DNA of 63,970 nt, counting the filler, from Circinaria calcarea (Eukaryota), in assembly GCA_051942165.1 (NCBI GenBank). It is 6 parts of 6 records of this genome, joined end to end, with 100 filler letters (N's around TTAATTAATTAA, not from the genome) between each part and the next. Parts side by side here need not be neighbours in the genome. Positions count along the whole stretch, not along the records: positions 53,421 to 63,970 come from JAVECS010000794.1; 5 more parts are not named here. One strand, 5' to 3'. The position numbers and the translations under genes were made by a program. Within the stretch, counting starts at the first letter, position 1, and every line of letters begins with the position of its first letter. Under the pieces are notes generated by a model, which was given only the letters and a program-made list of their open reading frames with translations, did not search any database and was not told the origin of the DNA. Shown piece by piece: positions 62,623 to 63,970 of this stretch.

Positions 62623-62633
62623 TTTTGTTTTTG
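62622..62633 (+). terminator. RNA polymerase III oligo-T terminator
   Basis: tttttgtttttg directly after the 5S sequence. Confidence 0.85.
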
Positions 62634-63035
62634 TTGCCCCCAGGTCTCGAAGTGTATATTACACGAGTCTCTAACTTGCTGGTGTCTGTCGATGAACGGG
62701 GTGGACAAGGGCGATTGGTTGCTATGGCGAAGCCTGAAACTATACTACACCCTGGCATCCGTCTCACCCCGGATTTCCCAGGTATACAAGTTACCTGGCG
62801 GGGGGATGGGCACCCTAAATACTTGCAATTAAAGGCGGGTGAGTTCCAACAATACATGTGCTAGATGCACTTCCGATAGTACCACAAGGATCAATATCCG
62901 TGAAAATACTGCTATTCTTCTTCCATTACTCTGTACAGATGGCCGCAATATGCACATTCGTAAAGTTCTTGGACCCCAGAAATTCGTATTCATGCCCGGA
63001 ACACCCAATATCCGTGTGACCAGACTCAGCGCAGA

Positions 63036-63970
63036 CTACGTCTCCTCTTCCTCTTCCTCGTCGTCGAGTAACTCATCCAGGATAGAGTCCTTTACCTGAG
63101 TGGGTCCCTCATCTGCCACCATCTCCATCTTCGTTTCCTCTTCCGAACCCAGTGCTGGGGATTCTATATTCTTCTTTTCATCCTCCTCTTCATCCTCCGC
63201 TTCGTCTTCCATTGCCATGACCGTCTCATTTTCCCGGACTGTCACGCCTTCACTCGACTCCTTCTGCTTGTTGACTTGATTTTCGCCGATGACCTTCGCC
63301 ATGCTGGAATGAATCTTTGTCAAGGCGTTTCGAGATAGAGCATCACTGGCGATCTTGAGGTCAATGGCCTCAGCCGCGAGGTCGAATGCTGTTTGGATTT
63401 TTTCGGGATTGGAATTTGGGGTGATATACAGCTTGGCCAGCATAGGGATCAGGACCTTCTTCTCTTCTTCTGTTCAACATGTTAGCAGTGGTCAATCAAG
63501 TTCCTGTCTTATTTCTTACTTGGACAGCCGTGACCCATCGCCTTCTCAAGTAAGTTGCTTGCTAACTCGAGGTGGATGTCTCCATTGACAGCTTTCATTT
63601 CCTTCTTTCCTGCCTCATCCCAGCTCACGTTTGCATCGTCATGAACCACTAATTTCCTGGCGTCGGTCCAGTCGACTAGCATGTTCACTACCACGCCCAT
63701 TCCTACCATCTCTTCCTCTTCGTCCATATCCTCTCCCAAGTTGATAAGGTTATGAAGCACACTCAATGCTACATTACCCATCCTTTCCATGTTTTCTCGT
63801 CGACTGTGACAGTATACGGGGAGAAAGTAGCTGAGGGCTTGCCTTACCCCGACGTTCTCCTTGGTACCCGGCTCAAAATAGCACACGACAAGCTGTTTGA
63901 GAAGATCCTCATCTTCGATGATAGTGGTAAGCATGAGCTTGCAAACGGCAATTGTGGCAGCGGACTGGAC
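63036..63970 (-). CDS. YCG1: Condensin subunit CAP-G (Ycg1/Cnd3), 3' part
   Basis: CKLML...LLKQLVVCYFEP.T.EN.GVRQALSYFLPVYCHS, MLVDWTDARKL, DALSRNAL.K, acidic tail. One intron (~63470-63519). Confidence 0.88.

Overview
Intron-containing DNA from a filamentous ascomycete (Pezizomycotina-type splice signals, dispersed 5S rRNA, RIP-like C-to-T decay). The window is not one locus. It is six unrelated contigs of decreasing length (10594, 10592, 10585, 10582, 10567, 10550 bp) joined by artificial 100-bp N44-TTAATTAATTAA-N44 spacers, so adjacency is meaningful only within a contig. Core genes: MGM1 dynamin, a Ure2/Nu-type GST, a DCAF8-like WD40 protein, an amidase, an alpha/beta hydrolase, a yapsin-like aspartic protease, a SAM methyltransferase, a TRK K+ transporter, condensin YCG1 and a 5S rRNA. 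Accessory content: two NLR-type genes, an intracellular trypsin-like protease, several RIP-decayed pseudogenes, a MITE and solo-LTR-like relics. Best leads: (1) a monooxygenase / TSC10-like ketoreductase / Zn2Cys6 trio resembling the edge of a sphingofungin- or myriocin-type cluster; (2) an NLR-type protein with an intact protein kinase inserted into its C-terminal ankyrin region; (3) an uncharacterised protein carrying an exact histone H3 tail octapeptide (RTKQTARK) next to a SUMO-consensus array; (4) a ~2-kb secreted-protein cassette present intact on two contigs; (5) a GC-AG intron that could switch a C-terminal CaaX box on the WD40 protein. All family calls come from motif recognition by eye; no searches were run.
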